DNA of 58,425 nucleotides from an uncultured Candidatus Saccharibacteria bacterium (GCA_964434255.1 CAYSUL010000002.1:6463-64887); one strand, 5' to 3'. Numbered from the stretch's first letter, positions 1 through 9,325 are shown. Made by a program: numbers and translations. Notes: generated from the letters alone by a model not told the origin.

Positions 1-72
1 GACTACACCATCGCCACCGCGTCCTGCGGTCGCGCGTACGTTCATTTCATCGACGAGTGCCATATAGCTTGA
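1..72 (+). CDS. C-terminal fragment of an upstream gene cut by the window edge; product unknown
   Basis: Frame 1 is open from base 1 to TGA at 70-72 (..DYTIATASCGRAYVHFIDECHIA*). Third positions are G/C-biased like neighbouring genes. It is followed by the palindromic terminator at 102-139, shared with convergent secA. Confidence 0.3.
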   Translation, partial: DYTIATASCGRAYVHFIDECHIA

Positions 73-101
73 GCCTACCTGGTCGCGCATGAAAATACCA
101 G

Positions 102-139
102 AAAAGCCCCCGAGCTCGATATCGAGCTCGGGGGCTTTT
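102..139. terminator. Perfect 38-nt palindrome, likely a bidirectional intrinsic terminator between convergent genes
   Basis: aaaagcccccgagctcgat|atcgagctcgggggctttt is a GC-rich stem flanked by an A-run on one side and a T-run on the other. It lies 12 nt after the secA stop. Confidence 0.65.
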
Positions 140-150
140 CTCTCTCACTC

Positions 151-2676
151 CTACGTGACGATGGTCCACCCATCCGCGAGCAACAGCTCGGCTTTCTTAT
201 ATTTAAGTGTCTGCGTTTCCTCTCCCTTACGTATCGTGACTTCATCGTTGCGGCCGTATGTAGTGGTGTTCACGATAGGGGCAGCGGGCGCTGCCCCGTT
301 CCCGCCTTCGCTCGCCGCGACGAGTGCACGGCGCGTGCGTTCTTCTTCCGCCCGGATGCGGGCATCATCGGCAGGCTGTATATGCGGGAGAGAATCCGCG
401 AGCGCCTGCGCTATAGCATCCTCCATCACATTGAAGCGATCGAGTCCTTCACGACGGTATTCGATAAGCGGGTCGCGCTGACCGTAGGCGCGCAGCGATA
501 CGGAGCGGCGAAGATAATCCATGGTCTCGAGATGCTCGAGCCAGAAGGCATCGGTGACCTGGAGTATGAGACGGCGCATGAGCGGAAGGAACGCCTCGTC
601 CCCTATCTCCGCACGCTTCGCTTCATAGACTGCGATAGCTTCGGTATTGCCGGCGAGGCGCATGCGCACGTGAGCGTCCACTTCTTCGTCGGTACCAAGG
701 AGGGCTGCACGACGCTCACTGTATACCGCGAGGCGCTGGGTATTGAGCACGTCGTCGTACGCGAGCACCTGTTTACGGGAATCGAAATTGAAGCCCTCGA
801 TGCGCTTCTGTGCGGTCTCGAGCGACCGGGTTATCATCCGGCTCTCGATAGGCTCGTCTTCCGGTATCTTGAACGTGCCCATCACGTTCTTTATCATGTC
901 GGACGCGAACACGCGCATAAGCTTATCCTCGAGCGAGACATAGAATCGGGTCTCGCCGGGGTCACCTTGGCGACCCGAGCGACCGCGCAGCTGGTTATCG
1001 ATGCGCCTTGCCTCGTGACGCTCCGTGCCGATGACGGCGAGACCGCCGAGCTCACGGACCGCTTCTCGCGCTTCAGGGGTTGCGAGCGCGCCGCCCAGCT
1101 TGATGTCGACGCCACGACCCGCAAGGTTGGTCGCGACCGTCACCTGCCCTTTCTTCCCCGCGTCCGCGATTATCTCTCCTTCGCGCTCATGGTTCTTCGC
1201 ATTGAGCACCTCGTGGGGCACGCCCGCCTTCTTAAGGTGCTCGCTCACTACTTCGTTATCCTCGATGGATACCGTACCTATGAGGAGAGGCTGCCCCTTC
1301 TCGTTGATGGTGCGCACGTGACGTGCGAGCGCTTCGTACTTCCCAGCGGCGGTCTGGAAGATAAGGTCGTTATAGTCGGTGCGCTTGACCGGCTTGTTGG
1401 TAGGCACCGCGACCACCTCGAGCTTATAGACGGTATAGAACTCCTCCTCGGACGAGATACCCGTGCCGGTCATACCCGCCAGCGCTTCGTACATACGGAA
1501 ATAGTTCTGGAACGTCACCGATGCATACGTGCGAGTCTCGCGCTGTATCGGCACCCCCTCCTTGGCTTCTATCGCCTGATGAAGGCCTTCCGACCACCTG
1601 CGCCCTGGCTGGAGGCGTCCCGTGAACTCGTCCACGATGACTATCTCGTTCTCGCGCAGCACATACTCCTTATCCTTGCTGAAGAGTGCCTTCGCGCGTA
1701 CGGCCGTATCGAGATGGTGCGCATACTTCATCCCGCCTTCGGTATAGAGGTTCTCGATGTTGAGCGCGCGCTCCGCCTTCGCGATACCCGCCTCCGTTAT
1801 CTGCACCGCGCGTTGCTTCTCATCCACCGTATAGTCCTCATCCTTGATGAAGCCTTCCACGATAGAAGCGAAGCGCTCATAGAGGCCCTCGACCGCGGCA
1901 GCGGGTCCGGAGATTATGAGCGGCGTCCTCGCCTCGTCGATGAGGATGGAGTCGACCTCGTCGATGATGGCGTAATGGTGCCCGCGCTGGACGAGCTGGG
2001 TTGGGTCATACGCCGTATTGTCCCGAAGGTAGTCGAATCCAAGCTCGTTATTCGTTGCGTAAGTTATGTCAGCTGCGTATGCCTCCTTCTTCGAAACGGG
2101 TCGGAGGTAGTCATAGAACACCTTGAACGAGCCTGCTTCGTCGCGCTCGGCGTCCTCCGCTTCCGGCACATGCTCGCTGTCATATATATAGGAGCCGTTC
2201 GAAGTCACGACACCGACCGAAAGACCGAGGTATCCGTACACCTGTCCCATCCACGCGCCGTCACGCCTGGCGAGGTAGTCGTTAACGGTCACGACATGCA
2301 CGCCCTTGCCTGCGAGCGAGCGCAGTGTCGCCGCGAGTGTCGCGACAAGCGTCTTGCCTTCTCCGGTGCGCATCTCGGCGATGCGTCCCTTGGCGAGCGC
2401 GAGACCTCCGATAAGCTGCACGTCGTAGTGGCGCTCCTTAAGCGTCCGGACAGACGCCTCGCGCACGAGCGCGAACACCTCCGCGATATCATCGTTCTTC
2501 TCGGGCATGCCGCCCGTGCGCTCACGTACGGACGCGAGACGCTCCTGCATCTGCTCCTGTGAAAGCGCTTTAATCCCCTCTTCAAGCGAGAGGGCCTGCA
2601 CGACCACCGGATTCGCGGTCTTTATGAATCCCGCGGACTCGTTCTGGGCGAATAATCGCCCGAGGATATCAGCCAT
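151..2676 (-). CDS. secA: Preprotein translocase ATPase SecA
   Basis: 841 aa. SecA motifs are present: HYDVQLIGGLALAKGRIAEMRTGEGKTLVATL (Walker A), IIDEVDSILIDEARTPLIISG (DEAD-like) and TNLAGRGVDIKLGG. Confidence 0.97.
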   Translation of the reverse strand: MADILGRLFAQNESAGFIKTANPVVVQALSLEEGIKALSQEQMQERLASVRERTGGMPEKNDDIAEVFALVREASVRTLKERHYDVQLIGGLALAKGRIAEMRTGEGKTLVATLAATLRSLAGKGVHVVTVNDYLARRDGAWMGQVYGYLGLSVGVVTSNGSYIYDSEHVPEAEDAERDEAGSFKVFYDYLRPVSKKEAYAADITYATNNELGFDYLRDNTAYDPTQLVQRGHHYAIIDEVDSILIDEARTPLIISGPAAAVEGLYERFASIVEGFIKDEDYTVDEKQRAVQITEAGIAKAERALNIENLYTEGGMKYAHHLDTAVRAKALFSKDKEYVLRENEIVIVDEFTGRLQPGRRWSEGLHQAIEAKEGVPIQRETRTYASVTFQNYFRMYEALAGMTGTGISSEEEFYTVYKLEVVAVPTNKPVKRTDYNDLIFQTAAGKYEALARHVRTINEKGQPLLIGTVSIEDNEVVSEHLKKAGVPHEVLNAKNHEREGEIIADAGKKGQVTVATNLAGRGVDIKLGGALATPEAREAVRELGGLAVIGTERHEARRIDNQLRGRSGRQGDPGETRFYVSLEDKLMRVFASDMIKNVMGTFKIPEDEPIESRMITRSLETAQKRIEGFNFDSRKQVLAYDDVLNTQRLAVYSERRAALLGTDEEVDAHVRMRLAGNTEAIAVYEAKRAEIGDEAFLPLMRRLILQVTDAFWLEHLETMDYLRRSVSLRAYGQRDPLIEYRREGLDRFNVMEDAIAQALADSLPHIQPADDARIRAEEERTRRALVAASEGGNGAAPAAPIVNTTTYGRNDEVTIRKGEETQTLKYKKAELLLADGWTIVT

Positions 2677-2685
2677 ATACCGAGC

Positions 2686-2691
2686 ACTATA
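2686..2691 (-). promoter_or_regulatory. -10-like box TATAGT, 9 nt upstream of the secA ATG (leaderless-type geometry)
   Basis: The minus strand reads GAGGTATAGTgctcggtatATG. It sits just downstream of the terminator at 2732-2759, so secA needs its own promoter here. Confidence 0.3.
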
Positions 2692-2731
2692 CCTCTACGG
2701 CGGCTTCGAAGATAGGCCGGGCGGCTCCGAG

Positions 2732-2759
2732 GGAAAAGGAAAAACGCCCCAGTGGGGCG
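2732..2759 (-). terminator. Intrinsic terminator of the small basic-protein gene
   Basis: The minus strand reads CGCCCCACTGGGGCG followed by TTTTTCCTTTTCC, starting about 20 nt after the TAA at 2778-2780. Confidence 0.55.
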
Positions 2760-2777
2760 CCGTTCCTAAGAATGCAA

Positions 2778-2915
2778 TTACTTGCGCTTCTTTGCTGCCT
2801 TGCGCTTGGTCGTCTTCTTTGCAGTAGACTTCTTTGCGGCCTTCTTTGCAGGCTTGCGCTTGGTCGTCTTCTTTGCAGTAGACTTCTTCGCAACCTTCCT
2901 CTTTTTTGCTGCCAT
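2778..2915 (-). CDS. 45-aa Lys/Ala-rich basic protein (histone H1 / Hc1-tail-like composition); below the ORF-track length cutoff
   Basis: My translation is MAAKKRKVAKKSTAKKTTKRKPAKKAAKKSTAKKTTKRKAAKKRK*. Lys is encoded mainly as AAG. The gene has an internal 36-nt perfect direct repeat and is followed by its own hairpin plus T-run terminator. Confidence 0.6.
   Translation of the reverse strand: MAAKKRKVAKKSTAKKTTKRKPAKKAAKKSTAKKTTKRKAAKKRK
2799..2888 (-). repeat. In-frame direct repeat inside the small basic-protein gene
   Basis: The 36-nt block cttgcgcttggtcgtcttctttgcagtagacttctt occurs at 2799-2834 and again at 2853-2888. The period is 54 nt (18 codons). Confidence 0.9.
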
Positions 2916-3097
2916 ATGTCTGGATGAAAATTCCTACGACTAGTATTGTCGACCCACACGCAAATTCTTCCGAAGAAGTTCTTGCACGTGTGTTCCGTTA
3001 TTTATTATTGCGCGTGCAGGATTTTTTTGTAACGAAAAAATAAAATGTGTGGATAACTTTATCAAAAAAGTTTTGCGCAAATATTTCTATAAAAATA

Positions 3098-4141
3098 TTA
3101 TTCCGCCGGAATATTTCTCACCTCACGCTCAATCGTGATGCCGGTCGCGTCGAATACTTTCTGCGCGACATCGTTCGCAAGTGCGTCGACGTCATGTGCT
3201 GTCGCGCCGTCATCCGCCACAAGCACCAATGGTTGGTTCTCGAACAGGTGCACGTTCTCGTGACTATGCCCGCGCAAGCCGAGAATCTTATCCAGTATGT
3301 ACGCGAGCGGAATCTTTACCGCACCCCGACGCTGCAACGGATACTGAGGTATCGCGCCATGCTGGCGGACTATATCAAGAAACCGCCTCGACAATTCCTG
3401 GTACTCCTCTTCCGTGATGATCGGGTTCTTGAAGAACGAGCCGGCGGATCCGTACTTCGCCAGATCCGGGAACTTACGGGCCCGCACCCGCCGAACCGCG
3501 CTCCCGATGCGTTCTGGCGTATCGAGTGCGTCTCCCTGCTCCAGGAGACGCGCTAGGTCGCTATATGCGATCTGCGGTGTACCGACGTTCGTAAGTCTGA
3601 GGGCGACACCGATGATTATGAGGTTCGGTTCACGCTTGAAACGGCTGTCACGGTAGGTGAAGGCACACGCCTCGTGCCCGAACGTATGGACGCTCCCGCT
3701 CGCGACATCCATAACGGTGACTGAATCGAGCACCTGCTCCAGCTCCACGCCATATGCACCGATGTTCTGCACAGGAGCAGCACCAAGCGTGCCGGGTATT
3801 CCCGCTAGGTTCTCTATGCCCCACAGCCCGCGTACTGCTGCTTCCTTCACGATGGTGTCCCAGAGCACGCCCGCACCCGCCTCGACAACGCCCCCGTCAT
3901 CGTCTTCGGTAAATGAAAGGCCAGGAATGCACATGCGAAGTATTACCCCGTCGTATCCCGCATCACTCGCAAGCACATTGCTCCCGCTACCGAGCACCGT
4001 GTACGGAAGTGCCTGTTCGCGCACGAACGCGAGTGCTTCTTGAAGATCCTCTTTCGTGCACACGTCGATAACATAGCGCGCAGCCCCCCCAACCCGGAGG
4101 GTGGTGAGCGTCGAGAGAAGTATCTGTTTCCGCACGGTCAT
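3098..4141 (-). CDS. murB: UDP-N-acetylenolpyruvoylglucosamine reductase MurB
   Basis: 347 aa. FAD-binding N-terminus LRVGGAARY..VLGSGSNVL and a MurB C-terminal region (GSAGSFFKNP). Confidence 0.9.
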   Translation of the reverse strand: MTVRKQILLSTLTTLRVGGAARYVIDVCTKEDLQEALAFVREQALPYTVLGSGSNVLASDAGYDGVILRMCIPGLSFTEDDDGGVVEAGAGVLWDTIVKEAAVRGLWGIENLAGIPGTLGAAPVQNIGAYGVELEQVLDSVTVMDVASGSVHTFGHEACAFTYRDSRFKREPNLIIIGVALRLTNVGTPQIAYSDLARLLEQGDALDTPERIGSAVRRVRARKFPDLAKYGSAGSFFKNPIITEEEYQELSRRFLDIVRQHGAIPQYPLQRRGAVKIPLAYILDKILGLRGHSHENVHLFENQPLVLVADDGATAHDVDALANDVAQKVFDATGITIEREVRNIPAE

Positions 4142-4145
4142 TCTG

Positions 4146-6281
4146 TTATGGGAGACCGGCCAAGAACGCTTGACCCTGCCCTATCGTCTCCGGATAACGC
4201 GCCATGGTAGCTTGCGCTTCCCGACGCGCTTCACTATACCGACCAGCGAGTGCATAGGCGCTCGCGAGCCGATAACGGGCGGTCGCGGAATCCGAGCTCG
4301 CCAGATGAGTGCGCAAGAGATCGATAAGGTCGTCGTACCGCTTCGCCTCGTAATAGGCACGAACGAGCGCTGGATGGTCGACAGTTGTCGTACCGAGATG
4401 CTGCGTAAGAAGCTCCTCCGCTTTCACGTCCTCACCCGTCAACAGGTACCCACTCGCCGCATAGATGGCGAGTTCTGAAAACTGGGGACTGAGCGCGTAC
4501 GCCGCGAGATAGGCGTCCCGCGCTTCCTCATGCCTGCCCGCGGTCATGAGTACCGTGCCACGTTCGAGGATAAAATTCTGACGCATGGGCGATAGGCGCT
4601 CCGCGATGGTAACCTCCCCAAGCGCGCTTTCGTAATCTCCTATCGCACGATAGATGAGCGCGGCTTCAATACGCAGACGCGCATCGTGGGGTGCGCGCTC
4701 TATTTCCTTGTTCATCTCTGCGATAGCGAGCATTACGAACTCACCACGGAGCTGCTCAGGAACGTTCTGCTGCGATGCGAGATTCGCGGCATAATTCACC
4801 AACTGCTCTCGTATCTCTTGCGTTGCGAAAGAGTCGTCGCTGAGCGCTTTCTCAAATCGAGCCTTGTTCTCACTCGGTCCGCCCTGGATGGGCGAGATCG
4901 CATACACGAGATCGTTGGCCGCACGCATGCTCGGCATGTTCACGGTGAGGATAAGGAAAATGGCGACCGCTCCGGCGACCGGCATGATTATCGCCTGCGC
5001 TTGGCCCTTCCCTGTCGCCGGCAGAACGTCGAGCGCGGTGATGGGATGTGATGAACGATAATGGATATAGGCGAGAATAGCCGCGAGCGGGATGTAGGAG
5101 AACAGATTATCGAAGACGACGAGTGCTTGAAGTGCATAGGCCGCAAGTGCAGCGCCGAGCATGATGCGCTCGAGCGGTGTCACGGCGGGACTTCGATAGA
5201 GTGCAAGCGCGGCCACGAAGAGCAGTGATACGAAGAGGAGGAACGCCGGAATGCCACCAACGACCATCCAGTCGACAAAAGCGCTATGGGCCCGATCGAA
5301 CCATGGCTCCTGGACATAGAGTTCAGGGCGGTACTCGCTATTGAAGACGTAATTGAAACCCTCATGACCGTAGCCGACGAGCGGCCGCTCTACTATCCCA
5401 TCGATCGCCATGTTCCAAAGGGTGAATCGTACCTGCAACTCGTCCAGGGATATGCTTGCTATACGGCCCCATATCGGGTGTGCGGTAATCCAGTCGTTAT
5501 CCTTCGCGAGCCAGAATCCTCCAACCAGGATGAGGAGTGCGGCGAGGAGTGCGGCCGCACGCATACGGCCGCGCTTCCCTGACTCCATCATCCAGAGAAG
5601 CGCGGCGAGGCCGCTCGCTCCCACGACCGCGAGGATGGCTCCACGCGATGCGGTGTTGAAGAGGATGATCACCTGTAAGCCCGCGAGCGCAAGAAGCATG
5701 TGCCGCAACCATCCTTTTGATTCGAATGCCTGCCATACGCTTATAAATGCGGCAAACATAAGATACACAGCCAGATAGATAGCATTCCCAAACGTACCGT
5801 CGACGCGCACGCCACCTTGGTTTATCGGTATCCCGCCAGAAAGCTGTAGGAGCGCATAACCGCACACGAGCGCGGAGACGGCAACAAACGTAAGCCACCA
5901 CTTCCGCCACAGTTTATCCACCGAAAGTACTGACCCGGCGACCACGAAGAAAAGGAAGACATGGATGAGCGTCACGAACCCATCCATGCGTTCGAAATTG
6001 CTCCAAAACGCCTTGTGCGGGTTCACGGCAAGTAGGTCAGCTACGAACATCCAAGCCACGAGTGCCCCATAGAGAACGAATGTCCATGAGAAACGCGGGC
6101 GGTAACGACGATCTATGAATGCGAGCGCTACCCAAGCCACCGCCGCGATCTCAACAAGTATACGGAAGCAGAAACCCTTCCCAGTAATGTAGGGGAAGAA
6201 CATCTCGTTCGCCGTGTAGAGCGGCAGGAACAAGATAGCGAACAGAGCTGTAAAAGCGATGTAGCGGAGTGTGGTGATCAT
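4146..6281 (-). CDS. Polytopic membrane protein with an O-antigen ligase/Wzy_C-like core and a C-terminal TPR domain
   Basis: 711 aa. About 10 or more hydrophobic segments, a NTASRGAILAV loop typical of Wzy_C/WaaL-like proteins, and a C-terminal ~230 aa of TPR-like helical repeats. Confidence 0.7.
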   Translation of the reverse strand: MITTLRYIAFTALFAILFLPLYTANEMFFPYITGKGFCFRILVEIAAVAWVALAFIDRRYRPRFSWTFVLYGALVAWMFVADLLAVNPHKAFWSNFERMDGFVTLIHVFLFFVVAGSVLSVDKLWRKWWLTFVAVSALVCGYALLQLSGGIPINQGGVRVDGTFGNAIYLAVYLMFAAFISVWQAFESKGWLRHMLLALAGLQVIILFNTASRGAILAVVGASGLAALLWMMESGKRGRMRAAALLAALLILVGGFWLAKDNDWITAHPIWGRIASISLDELQVRFTLWNMAIDGIVERPLVGYGHEGFNYVFNSEYRPELYVQEPWFDRAHSAFVDWMVVGGIPAFLLFVSLLFVAALALYRSPAVTPLERIMLGAALAAYALQALVVFDNLFSYIPLAAILAYIHYRSSHPITALDVLPATGKGQAQAIIMPVAGAVAIFLILTVNMPSMRAANDLVYAISPIQGGPSENKARFEKALSDDSFATQEIREQLVNYAANLASQQNVPEQLRGEFVMLAIAEMNKEIERAPHDARLRIEAALIYRAIGDYESALGEVTIAERLSPMRQNFILERGTVLMTAGRHEEARDAYLAAYALSPQFSELAIYAASGYLLTGEDVKAEELLTQHLGTTTVDHPALVRAYYEAKRYDDLIDLLRTHLASSDSATARYRLASAYALAGRYSEARREAQATMARYPETIGQGQAFLAGLP

Positions 6282-6284
6282 GGG

Positions 6285-6314
6285 ATAAAACGATAGGCCG
6301 TACCGGTATGGCCT
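6285..6314 (-). terminator. Weak hairpin plus T-run after the cytidylyltransferase gene
   Basis: The minus strand reads AGGCCATACCGGTACGGCCT (one mismatch) followed by ATCGTTTTAT. Confidence 0.3.
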
Positions 6315-6334
6315 CTAGCATAACGCGCAGTACG

Positions 6335-7102
6335 CTATTCCTCTATACCTCCACCGATTGTAGGAACCTTCTGCACAATCTCCGTATTGAGGGCGACGAG
6401 ATCCGGCCGACGGGCAAGAAAAGCGACTATCTCCTCGGCAGAAAAGTCGGGGTTGCCGGGGTAGAGAGCGTCATAGACGGCAGATAGAAGCGTATAATCC
6501 TCGGCTGTATCGAGAGTAAGTCGGAGAGTCGGCCACAGCATAGCGCCTTCCGCTCGCCAGTTACCGAGCTTGAACCGTTCTGGGTGCGAACGAATGGAAT
6601 ATCCAGCATGCTCGCGATACGCAGGATCGGTATCGTTCGTATCAGCCTCTATCAGCTTCGCAAAGTCATATGCTCGTACATCGAAGCCAATAGGAAATGT
6701 TTCCTCGAATTCGTTGCTGGTGCAATCGTAGCCCCCGGAATCGAGAAGCTCGATGGCTGTATCCACCAAACGCCAATCGACGACCGGGCTGTCCGCCATG
6801 CCCTGCACAAGGATATCCGCGTTGTGTTCCTTCCCCGCTCCCACGACACGACCAAGCACATCGTCCTCGCTCCCTCGGAAATACGCACATCCCATCTCTT
6901 CGCACAATTGAACGACTGGGTCGTCGGCAGCGTTCGTCGTCGTCGCGACCACGACTTCGTCGGTGTACACGCTGCGACGATGACGTTCGATCATATGCGC
7001 CATGACCGGCTTCCCCGCGAGCGGCATCAGTATCTTGCCCGGAAGCCGCGTTGAGGTCATGCGTCCTTCGATCGTAGCGATTACTTTCTTGCCGTTGATC
7101 AT
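6335..7102 (-). CDS. Acylneuraminate/SpsF-type cytidylyltransferase (CMP-ulosonic acid synthetase family)
   Basis: 255 aa. The N-terminus VIATIEGRMTSTRLPGKILMPLAGKPVMAHMIER is typical of the CTP_transf_3 family (SpsF/PseF/NeuA-like). Confidence 0.75.
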   Translation of the reverse strand: MINGKKVIATIEGRMTSTRLPGKILMPLAGKPVMAHMIERHRRSVYTDEVVVATTTNAADDPVVQLCEEMGCAYFRGSEDDVLGRVVGAGKEHNADILVQGMADSPVVDWRLVDTAIELLDSGGYDCTSNEFEETFPIGFDVRAYDFAKLIEADTNDTDPAYREHAGYSIRSHPERFKLGNWRAEGAMLWPTLRLTLDTAEDYTLLSAVYDALYPGNPDFSAEEIVAFLARRPDLVALNTEIVQKVPTIGGGIEE

Positions 7103-7118
7103 ATATAGAAGTGCCAGC

Positions 7119-8330
7119 TTATGACTCGAAGGAAGCGATGGTCCGCTTCAGCACATCGGCCTGCGCGAGGGCGCGCTCCCAGTCCCAATAATTAGTCTTG
7201 AACGCGAGTATCTGCTTCTGCACCTTCTCCGCAACCGGGCAGAGACCGGGCGCCCATGCCTGGAGCTCTCCAGTATAGGTAGCTTCTATGACCCTCTCCT
7301 TTCCGGAGAGATCCATGGTCTGGAACATCGGCTCCAGATAGGACAGCTTCCATGCAGCGTATATACCATCGCCCCCGAGCTCCATGAATCTGGTACGGAA
7401 TGTTGTCCATGAGATGGAAGGATGGGTAAGACGCGCCGCGAATGCCCAGTATGAATTGGTATAGCCCGTCGGAGTGACCTGCGGGATGAGCCATGCGCAA
7501 TCCCCCACTGCCTCCTTAAATAGCTCGCCCACCTCGACGCGACGTTCTATGAGCTCCTCCATATGCTCCGTCTGCCCGAGCGCAGCGGCTGCGGCCAACT
7601 CCGACATGCGGTAGTTGTAGCCCATCGATACGTGTCGATCGAAATCCGGGTTCTGTATCACGTCCTTCGTTATCTGCCCGGATTTCGCGTTCACGACAGA
7701 GTAGCCGAGCAGGAAGAACTTGCGCATGGTGTCGGCGAGCTGTTCGTCATCGGTAAGCACAACGCCTCCTTCTCCGGAAGAAAGATGCTTCTGGCTCTGA
7801 AAGCTGAAGCTCGACAGGTGGCCGATGGTGCCGACCATCCTTCCCTTATAGGTGGAGAGGAAGCACTGCGCATCATCTTCGATGACCATGATGCCGTGCT
7901 TCTTCGCTAGCTCCATGATGGGATCCATATCCGGAGAAAGGCCATAGAGTGCAACTGTCATAATCGCCTTCGTACGCGGCGTAATGAGCTTCTCGATGGA
8001 CGCAGGATCTATCTGGAACGTTTCCTCATTCACATCCGCGAACACTGGCACGGCGTCAGCATGAAGGATGGCCATCGCCGTCGCGGACATCGTAAGCGGA
8101 GTCGTAATGACCTCGTCGCCCGCACGGACACCCGCCGCGAAAAGCGCGGTGTGCAAGGTAGCCGTCCCATTCGTATGCGCGATGGCGTATTTCGAGCCGA
8201 ACTTATCTGCGAACGCGCGCTCGAAGCGCCCGATCATGTTCAGCTTGCGGGATACGCTGAACTGGGAGGCAAGCACTTCCTCTACGTACTTCCGTTCGCG
8301 TTCACCTACCCGGATGATGTTCTTCTTCAT
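7119..8330 (-). CDS. DegT/DnrJ/EryC1/StrS-family sugar aminotransferase (PLP Lys retained)
   Basis: Family similarity begins at MKKNIIRVGERE (ATG at 8330). It has TNGTATLHTALFAAG and SFSFQSQKHLSSGEGG. The 117-aa upstream extension in the ORF track looks non-coding. Confidence 0.85.
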   Translation of the reverse strand: MKKNIIRVGERERKYVEEVLASQFSVSRKLNMIGRFERAFADKFGSKYAIAHTNGTATLHTALFAAGVRAGDEVITTPLTMSATAMAILHADAVPVFADVNEETFQIDPASIEKLITPRTKAIMTVALYGLSPDMDPIMELAKKHGIMVIEDDAQCFLSTYKGRMVGTIGHLSSFSFQSQKHLSSGEGGVVLTDDEQLADTMRKFFLLGYSVVNAKSGQITKDVIQNPDFDRHVSMGYNYRMSELAAAAALGQTEHMEELIERRVEVGELFKEAVGDCAWLIPQVTPTGYTNSYWAFAARLTHPSISWTTFRTRFMELGGDGIYAAWKLSYLEPMFQTMDLSGKERVIEATYTGELQAWAPGLCPVAEKVQKQILAFKTNYWDWERALAQADVLKRTIASFES

Positions 8331-8396
8331 GTGCGCAGCATAGCATGGCCTATATATAGCGTATAAACCCAGCACGCGGGCATTTCGTTGCTCATT

Positions 8397-8405
8397 TGAT
8401 ACACT
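8397..8405 (+). promoter_or_regulatory. Extended -10 box TGATACACT, 6 nt upstream of the ATG at 8412
   Basis: The sequence is TGaTACACT-ttcgcc-ATG, the same architecture as at 53799-53807. Confidence 0.35.
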
Positions 8406-8411
8406 TTCGCC

Positions 8412-8723
8412 ATGGAACCTATACTGACCGAAGCGGAAGAGAAATCCCTGATCGGCGTCTTGTATAATCACGTCTCGTTCGGCACCACACTCCAGGTCTT
8501 CGGGGAGGCAGCGACCGACAATACTCGAATAAACACCCTGCGCGGAACACTCGAGAAGCTCCTCGTAAAGTACAGCCTTATGGACTCGCTCGCTCCAGAT
8601 GTGCTGCTCCTCATGGGCATCGTCTCGCGCATTACGAGAGAACAGCTCGATACATGGGCTGCCGATGATTCCAACAAGCATCTGCAGGTACGCGCACAGT
8701 ATTTCCTTACGAAAGGAAATTAG
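8412..8723 (+). CDS. Hypothetical 103-aa protein on the opposite strand inside the minus-strand sugar region
   Basis: Balanced, helical-looking composition and G/C-rich third positions. It is preceded by an extended -10 box at leaderless distance. Its stop overlaps the stop of the convergent gene at 8720. Confidence 0.45.
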   Translation: MEPILTEAEEKSLIGVLYNHVSFGTTLQVFGEAATDNTRINTLRGTLEKLLVKYSLMDSLAPDVLLLMGIVSRITREQLDTWAADDSNKHLQVRAQYFLTKGN

Positions 8724-9325
8724 CCGACGACTTCGGGAGCAGCACCATAAGAAGGACGCAGGGCGAGGTGGCGATGGATATTGAAGCCATTCTTGTTCAG
8801 GCCCGATGGGTCTTCGTAGCGCCCCACATAAATGCGGTCACCGTTATGATCGCGGTCGCGGCACCAGACGAAGTCGTGGTTCCAGAGGCGTCCTCCATCT
8901 GTAGCGAACCAGTATGCAAAGAACGCGAAGGCGCAGGTAACGGCGGTCGGAAACGATTCCTCGGTGCCGAGCGCCGCCTCTATCTCGTCTGGACGTTTCG
9001 CCCTCGTGTCTTCAAGTACGCCCCTTCGGATGAGGTGCCAGCCACCATCAGCCGTCTCGGCCGCAGCGAACTCCTCCTTAAGGTACCAGTCCTGGTTATA
9101 CATGCATGGCTCGGAAGCCGCCGGGTCGACTCCTAATCGCTCCCGCAGCGCATTCACGGTAACGGGCGTATTGTCCGAGAATGTCCGAGGCGTGAAGATG
9201 AGGATATGCGTCTCGGCATGCGCCGCAAGCGTCTCTGTACTGAACGGCACCACTGGTGCAACTGCATCCCCGAACGAGAGCGATGCGGGCATCTTCTTAA
9301 ATTCCTCTGGGCCGATGGTTATCAT
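8720..9325 (-). CDS. Hypothetical soluble protein (201 aa), no family recognised
   Basis: Long ORF with an ATGA overlap to the upstream gene at 9322-9325. No recognisable motifs. Confidence 0.6.
   Translation of the reverse strand: MITIGPEEFKKMPASLSFGDAVAPVVPFSTETLAAHAETHILIFTPRTFSDNTPVTVNALRERLGVDPAASEPCMYNQDWYLKEEFAAAETADGGWHLIRRGVLEDTRAKRPDEIEAALGTEESFPTAVTCAFAFFAYWFATDGGRLWNHDFVWCRDRDHNGDRIYVGRYEDPSGLNKNGFNIHRHLALRPSYGAAPEVVG

Noticed and set aside
382-2562. 726-aa ORF on the plus strand
   Set aside because: It is fully antisense to secA, whose identity is unambiguous. The product is Arg/Leu/His-rich with no motifs. Long antisense ORFs are expected in GC-rich DNA.
2687-2959. 90-aa minus-strand ORF from the track (QQKRGRLRRSLLQRRRP...)
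   Set aside because: It is the alternative frame of the Lys-rich gene. It uses A-ending Arg/Gln codons unlike the rest of the window and would read through a clear hairpin plus T-run terminator at 2732-2759.
8331-8681. 117-aa N-terminal extension of the DegT aminotransferase ORF
   Set aside because: Family similarity begins at MKKNII (8330). The extension is Cys/Arg-rich and overlaps a better-looking plus-strand ORF.
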